NCBI RefSeq assembly: GCF_009914755.1
Contig: NC_060936.1
Direction: 5' to 3' (one strand)
Source of the DNA: the human T2T-CHM13v2.0 reference genome, Homo sapiens
DNA length: 64,000 nt
Under the pieces are notes generated by a model. It saw only the letters and a program-made list of their open reading frames with translations, did not search any database and was not told where the DNA came from. Position 1 is the stretch's first letter, and the number at the start of each line of letters is the position of its first letter. Positions 55,685 through 64,000 of this stretch are shown one piece after another. Both the position numbers and the translations under genes were made by a program.

Positions 55685-56230
55685 CAGGGTCTGGTCCTGC
55701 CTTACTTCATCTTATTCACCCTACCTGGACATATAAGATCTTGTTTTCATTTAACATTTAAAATATAAATGATATTTAAAATCACAGATTATTGTGCATT
55801 AATTTTGTATTTTTAAAAATGTTAAGCCAGTTTCAATGGCTCACACCTGTAATCCCAGGTGGCCTAGGTGAGATCGCTTGAGCCCAGGAGTTTGAGATTA
55901 GCCTAGGCAACATGATAAAACCCTATCTCTACTAAAAACACAAAACATTAGCCAGGCATGGTGGCTCACACCCCTAGTCCCAGCTATCCAGGAAGGTGAG
56001 GTGGGATAATTGCTTGAGCCCGTGTGGTAGAAGTTGCAGTGACCCATGATCATATCACTGCACTCCAGCCTGAGTGACAGAGCAAGACCCTGTCTCAAAA
56101 AAATAAAAATAAAAAAATAAAAAAATTCCATTAAAATACTATTTATCTTGATTACTGAGGTTTTCAGTGCTCCCTTAAATTCTGTGTTAGAAGTAGAGTG
56201 CCTCATTCTCCTTACCCTGCTCCTGGCACT
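55685..56230 (-). mobile_element. MER96B-like hAT element with inserted AluJ (55826-56124)
   Basis: TATTTATCTTGATTACTGAG...CCCTTAAATT...GAGTGCCTCA...ACCCT terminus. Confidence 0.6.
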
Positions 56231-56649
56231 GTAGCTAATCCAAGTTGCCTTATTTCTTTCACCCTCACCTTGGACAACCAAAGCCGGCCACTGTTTTCCA
56301 GGTAATAACCCACTGTAGGTTTCTTCACCATCTACTCTCACCACATGGACATATTTAACACACTCTTCCACCCTCCAATGAGCCATAAGGAAAGACACAT
56401 CTCAAATGTAGGACGTGATGGCTTGTGGTTAATTAGGAGTCTCGTCAAAGGGGAACACACTATTTGCAATCCCTGCCTTGATTGACGGGTCCACACTCCC
56501 AGCCTGCCTTCAGTTTTGTTAATGTTTTTAACACAGCTTTAAAACCACTGTGACCATTCCAAATGCTTGTCTCCACCATGTACTCTTCAAGTTCTCACTT
56601 TCACCCCCTTCTAACTTAATGAAAGTCACCTTCTCCCACCCCCATCCCC

Positions 56650-56735
56650 AGATGGGTGCCTCATGGATTATCTGGGAGTATTTCTCTGCCTTGTTTTGAG
56701 CAGTGAACAGAGACTAGAGGTGAGTCTTTTTCTCA
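56650..56735 (+). repeat. Dispersed local duplication, copy A (partner 58316-58401)
   Basis: 86 bp, 7 substitutions, no gaps. Confidence 0.95.
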
Positions 56736-57252
56736 CCGTGCACGTACCTGCTGTCCCCTAGCTCTTAGGTGGAAGAATTCTTGTTAGATGCGTAAGGTTC
56801 TGTTTCACATGTCCCTGAAACTCTCTTGGAAAATAATAAAATGGCACACTTAGAAGGTCCCTAAAGAATAACTGAATCCTGTGCTGCTTAACTTTTTTAT
56901 GTGGTGGACGATTAAAGCTCTGTTAAAAGCTAGATGCATCTGGGTTCAAATTCTGAGCATTGTTGCTGTGGGTCTTTAGACAAGTGTCTTAACCTCTCTG
57001 AGTTTCTCTTTTATCTGTAAAATAAGGTTAAAAATATTATTGACCTCATAGGGTTATTGGGATAGTGAGATGATGCATGTGGAATGCTTAGCATAATTCT
57101 TGAAACTAAGCGTTTAATGCATGTTAGTTGCAATTATTATTTCTGGACTCCCCTGTACCTCTTTGAGAATCTATAGAAAACTATGGAAAGATGTCTCAGA
57201 AAAATATACATTACATGTTTACATTCTTTTGCATAAAAAAAAAAAAACAATT

Positions 57253-57786
<534 letters not shown>

Positions 57787-58315
57787 TTATGAAAAATAGT
57801 AAAAATATATATTAGTATACAGTAAGTCAATTTAATAGACAAGGTATACAGAAGAAAGAAAGCATTCATTTCCTACCTTGTAAGAAAGTGAGGGCTCCCA
57901 GCTTCCAGGTTTCCTCCATCAAGGTGGACATCCTGACACTATGGTTTACATTCTTGTAAAACCGAGAGTAGCCACAGAAGATGCACCTATTTATTTTGTT
58001 TCCCTTGCCGCAATTATTTCCCTCATTACTACATAAGCTTTCTACATATTTTTAAAATCACTGTTTTGTTCTGATCATGAAATTGTTACATGCTCAATGT
58101 ATGAATAAGGTGAAAAATAAAGTCTCCCAAATCTGACCCTAGAGATAAACATTGATAGATTGGTTTATATTCTTTCAGAATTTGCTCAGGGCAGATAGTA
58201 TTGCATACCTGTCTATCAGGCTTGGGGTACATTCTGTCTACACAGAGGTGATTTGGTAGGTGGCTGGAGGTAGAACCTTCCATGGGCCACACACCTGAGC
58301 TTGCATGGGAGCATG

Positions 58316-58401
58316 AGATGGGAGCCTCATGGATTATCTGGGAGCATTTCTCTGCCTTGTTTCCAGCTGTGAACAGAGACAAGAGGGGAGTCTTTTTCTC
58401 A
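58316..58401 (+). repeat. Dispersed local duplication, copy B
   Basis: Shares GCCTCATGGATTATCTGGGAG...GTGAACAGAGAC...GAGTCTTTTTCTCA with 56650-56735. Confidence 0.95.
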
Positions 58402-58549
58402 ATGCCTCCAATAGTCCTTGAATGACCTTGGACAGTCCTTTTAACTTCTCCAAGCCTCATTACCTCATCTGTAAAATGGGGGAACTAGTAATATCTAGTT
58501 TGAAAAATTGTTGCAAATATTAAATGAGTTGATGCATGCAAAGCCTTAG

Positions 58550-58777
58550 CACTGGGTTTCTCCCTGTTGGCACATGGACATTTGGGGCTGGATACTCTGT
58601 GATGTGTGGACTGTCCTGTACATTGAAGGATACGTAGCAGCATCCCTGACCTTCATTGATGGGATGCCAGCAGCACCCCCGCCAGCTGTGACAGCCTAAG
58701 ATGTCTCCAGACATTGTCAAATGTCCCCTGGGGGAGGGAAGGAGGAACAGGATCACCTTCCCCACTGAGAATCACTG
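58550..58777 (+). mobile_element. MER20 hAT element inserted in a MIR
   Basis: GCAGCATCCCTG...ATGCCAGCAGCACCCC...ATGTCTCCAGACATTGTCAAATGTCCCCTGGGGG...TGAGAATCACTG. Confidence 0.85.
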
Positions 58778-60987
58778 TTTTAGCACAATGGAGCATATTA
58801 AATACTCAATAAACTCTTCTTAATATTAATATCATCATTATAACAGGGTAGCACATTTACTGAACATAAAACATTCAATGGCTCAATTAATATAAATCCA
58901 CTGGCATTTTAACTGTCCATGTAGGAGTCCAATTTCTTTTCCTACTCACAGGCCCTTCAGATCAAATACTCAGTTTAACCTCAGATGCAAACTTCTCCAT
59001 AGAAGAGCTTTTCATTTCTATAATATTAACATACTGGTGAAATACCACATAATGATATGATTCAGCCACTTTTATTTCCTTTCTACCTCCTGAGTCCCCC
59101 CGCTTTGCCCACAGGTTAGAGACAAGACGAAGCCTACAATTAAAAAGCTGCTTTTCCTACTATATATACCTAATTTCTCATTCCTCATTTTGCATTAAAG
59201 TGTTTTTCCACAGAGCCCTAGGAAGATGGGATTATGTGGGTGCTTGTGTTCATTCATGGGCTCTTTAGGATCTAAACCCCCAGGGATAAACTTGGAAAAT
59301 GACCGAATTAATCACTTATGATCCGCATTCAGTGCACATTATCATAATATTGATATAATGCACACACTGTTTTTTGCTTATTTCTATATTGAGTGAGGCC
59401 CTGCAGCAATTTTGAGGAAATTTGAGACTCGCGCACCTGGCTAAACGCTCTCTCTCTCTCTAAATAATCCAAGGTCTCCCGGTTTGCGAGGATCAGCCTA
59501 AAATGAGTTACAGTCGCCAGAACATTTTTAAGTAGGGAAATAAATTAGAGTGGTAATAATCATAACAATTATATAATAAATGTTAAGAATTGTAAGTTCC
59601 CCAGCGGTCTTAATAACTTAATTTTGTTGTTGTGGGGGAGGTTGTGGAAATTCCATCATCTGCATCTGGTGACATCATCAGGCTGAAATGAGAGGACAGG
59701 TTTCTTAGTTCTGAATGTCACTAAGGTGCTGAATGAGGTGGTACTTTGGCTTTCCCAGACATTTGCTGGGTTTGAATTATTAAAGTCATCATTTGCGAAA
59801 TTTAGGGCTTCATGAATATTGCCGGGTTGACAAACTCCCTCTACCACCTTCTCTTTGTCTTTCTTTCCCCCTTTCTCTCTCTGTCTCTCAGAGAACTCAG
59901 GGCAGCCACAGCTGGACAAATCATCTAGTTCCCCCCTCCCAATAATTCCTCCATATCCAGCTGCAAACTGAAGAAAAATAGGACTGAAAATAGACATGAC
60001 AGAATGTCCCCAAACAAGAGACCCTTCCAGGAACCATGATGACTAGAAAGCCTGTTAACATTCTCAATCCTGTGTGCTGGGAGGTAGGGTTTGGTCTGGA
60101 ATCCTTCCATTCAAGACACATGAAAGAAAAAGATTCAACCATGTACAAATCAGACACAATTCATCGTAACGCTAGTCAATGTTTACATGCCAGGTGTTGA
60201 ATGAAACACTTTGCTTACATTATCTCTTTTTTCCTGCAGTCGGGACTATTTTTAAAGTTTTATAAATTGATACATAATAGATGATATACATATTTTCAGG
60301 ATACATGTGATAATTTAATGCATTCATATAACTTGTAAAGCTCAAATCAGTGTAACTGGATTATCCATCACCTTAAGCATTCATCTTTTCTTTATGCTAT
60401 GAACACTCAAATTATTCTCCTCTAGCTATTTTGAAATATACAGTAAATTATTGTGATCTATAGTCATCCTACTGATCTATCAAACACTACATCTTATTTC
60501 TCCTATCAAATTGTATATTTTTATCATTAATCAACCTCTCTTTATCTTTTCTTCCCATCACCCTTCCCAGCCTCTGGTAACCACAAATCTACTTTCTATC
60601 TTTATGACATCCACTTTTTTAGCTCCCACACGTGAGTGAGAACATGTGGCACATGTGTCCTTCTGTGCGTGGCTTATTTCACTACACATATTGACTTCCA
60701 GTCCATCCATGTTGCTGCAAATGACAGAATTTCATTCTTTTTTATGTCTGAATAATATTCCATTGTGTGTGTGTGTGTATATATATATTCCAATGTGAGA
60801 TCTATATAACTATAGCTCACATTTTCTTTATCCGTTTATTCACTGACGGACACTTGGGTTGCTTCCATGTTTTGGCTATTGTGGACAGTGCTGCAATAAA
60901 CATGGGAGCGCAGATGCCTCTTCAGTATATTGATTTCCTTTCTTTTGGAGATATGCCTAGAAGTAGAATTGCTGGATCATATGGTAA

Positions 60988-61676
<689 letters not shown>

Positions 61677-61876
61677 TAGTGGCTGTACTAATTTACATTC
61701 CCACCAACAGTGCATAAGGGTTCACTTTTCTCCTTAACATCTGTTCTTCCTTGTCTTTTTGATAAAAGCCATTTTATCTGGAGTGAGATGATATCTCATT
61801 GTGGTTTTGACTGGCATTTCTCTGATGATTAGAGTTACTGAATAGTTTTTCATATACCTGTTTTTTTCTTTTTCTC

Positions 61877-61920
61877 TCCTTCCTTCCTTCCTTCCTTCCT
61901 TCCTTCCTTCCTTCCTTCCT
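61877..61920. repeat. (TCCT)11, i.e. (GGAA)n on the minus strand
   Basis: Read directly. Confidence 0.95.
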
Positions 61921-63091
61921 GCTTTCCTCCCTCCCTCCCTCCCTTCCTTTCCCTTTTTCTATTGAGTTGTTTGAACTTCTATGTATTCTGGTTATTTTTA
62001 TTTTAAATCCAGCTCCTGCAGGATACTCTGGTGATTAATTCCGTGTCAAATATAGGTTGCAAATATTTTCTCCCATTCTGTGGAGTGTCTCTTCAGTTTG
62101 TTTATTCTTTACCTTGCTATGCAGATGCCTTTCAGCTTGATGTAATCCCATTTGTCTATTTTTGCCTTGGTTGCCTGTGCTTTTGAGGTCTTGCACAAAA
62201 AAAATCTTTGCCCAGACCAATGTCCTGGAGCATTTCCCCAATGTTTTCTCCTAGTAGTTTAAAAGTCTCAGGCCTTATGTTTAAGTTGTTAATCCATTTT
62301 GATTTGATGTTTGTATATGGTGAGAGATAGGGCTCTAGTTTCTTCTTTTTACATATGTTCATCCAGGTTTTCCGGCACCATTTATTGAAGAGGCTATCCT
62401 TGCCCCATTGTATGTAATTAGCAGCTTTGTTGACAACGAGTTGGCTATAAATGTGTGGATTCATATCTGCGTTCTCTATCTTGTTCCGTTAGTCTATGTG
62501 TCTGTTTTTATGTCACTACCATGCTGATTTGGTTACTATAGCTTCGTAGTATATTTTAAAGTCAGGTAGTATGATGCCTCCAGTTTTGCTTCTTTTACTT
62601 AGGATTGCTTTGCCTATTCAAGGTCTTTGTGGTTCCATATAAATTTTAGGCTTGTGGGAGGAACTATTATTTTACCCATTTTACAGAGGCAGAGACCAAG
62701 GCTCAGAGGGTATGAATCACTTTTTACAACAGCTTTAAACAGGAGAGGAAGAGGTTAAACCCAGATTTGGGTGATTCCAAATTGTTTCTCAACCTCCTAG
62801 GAGCTCCAGTATAGTGGGTGGAAGCCCAGACTATGGGCTTGTTTGACGGCTGACTTACCTTCTAACCAGTTCTGTGAACGTAAGTCAGGCACTCCACTTT
62901 TCAGTGTGCCCAGCTGTGAATGTGAAAATGATCATAGCCAGGGTCACTACCCATACTGTGTCTTTATGCAATTAGAAGAAGGCACCCTTCCCTCAAGTCA
63001 CCTTACTTCCACATTGGAATTTTGTCATAATATGCTGTCATTAAAACAAGACACCTTACTGCCATCTTCTGGAAAATGGTTGTATTAAATA

Positions 63092-63426
63092 CAGTCAGCC
63101 CCCTGTCTGCGGGTTCTGAATCCAGGGATTCAACCAACTGCAGATGGAAAATACTCAAAACAACAATATAAAAAGTGCCTGTACTGAACACATACAGGCT
63201 CTTCTTCCTGTCATTATTTCCTAAACAATATGGTATATCAACTATTTACATAGCATTTACATTGTATTAGGTATTATAAGTATTCTAGAGGTAATTTAAA
63301 GCATTAAAAACAATGTGTAGGCTATATGAAAACACAATGCCATTTTATATCAGGGAAGAATCCTCAGATTTCGTTATCTGCAAGGAGTCCTGGAACCAGT
63401 ACCCCATGGATACTGAGGGGCAGCTA
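63092..63426 (+). mobile_element. MER2 (Tigger2-derived) element
   Basis: TA|CAGTCAGCCCCCTGTCTGCGGGTTCTG...GATTCAACCAAC...CCCCATGGATACTGAGGGGCAGCT. Confidence 0.85.
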
Positions 63427-63521
63427 TATATATAAATGTGCAAAGGCAAGGATAGAAGGATGTGAATGACATCCCTTTTGTACAGTGCATGACCTGCACA
63501 ACTGTGCATGGTTGCCCAGAC

Positions 63522-63575
63522 AATTCCTCACTGGAGTATTAGAAAGAGAATTCCTCACTGGAGTATTAGAAAGAG
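63522..63575. repeat. Perfect 27-bp tandem duplication
   Basis: AATTCCTCACTGGAGTATTAGAAAGAG at 63522-63548 and 63549-63575. Confidence 0.97.
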
Positions 63576-64000
63576 AAATGATTTAGCACTTTGGTAAAAA
63601 AAAAAAAAAAATCACACACAGTTTCTCAGCAAATGCTGACTACTCTTTTAAGCTCTGGCTCAAAGAGATTGGATAATGCTGTCTCTTTGAGACAAGTGAC
63701 AGTCACTGAGAAATCTCACTTGGGGATCGTATTGCTCAGTCAGTGGCAGTCTATTTCTCAACACGTATGTCCCTTGCCCCATGTTTTTGAGCACTGTGGC
63801 TATCCTGGACAGCAATTCTCAGCTCCTTTCTTGCCTCCCAGCCAGAAGAAAGGATTGAGAGAACTTTCTGGGGCTGCCTTCAGAAATCACATCTGGCATT
63901 TCTTTGATACACTGAATCTCTGACACTCCCTGGACTGCCTTGCAAAATGTGGAGTTTGTTCCATGAGCTTAGCCCCTGGCCCTGGGGTGGGATAAGGACA

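Noticed and set aside
62035-62464. L1 ORF2 peptides as an active LINE
   Set aside because: Truncated and frameshifted; no 5' UTR or ORF1.

Overview
Primate (most likely human) non-coding DNA. I find no credible protein-coding exon, RNA gene or CRISPR array. The long ORFs come from Alu, L1, Tigger1, simple repeats or GC-rich islands. The window contains a chain of CpG islands with no linked gene (~0.9-1.3, 26.1-28.1, 30.5-32.7, 34.0-34.4, 35.3-35.5 kb), several transcription-factor-motif-dense unique segments, and many interspersed repeats (Alu, L1, L2, MIR, MLT1/LTR16, Tigger1/3/4, MER47, MER2, MER20, MER96B). From memory only, not a database search, the island spacing resembles the region just upstream of TBX5 toward TBX3 on 12q24. 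Most notable structures: (1) a ~710-bp non-repeat insertion with AATAAA, an A-tail and perfect 15-bp target-site duplications inside an Alu, probably an orphan transduction or 3'-UTR retrocopy; (2) three short (86-145 bp) local copies, ~92-94% identical to a partner ~2 kb away, one of them inverted; (3) a 13-bp tandem array of octamer-like/E-box motifs inside a CpG island; (4) a Tigger1 broken by an inversion. I see no evidence of a new protein-based system. Repeat subfamily calls are by eye and boundaries are approximate.
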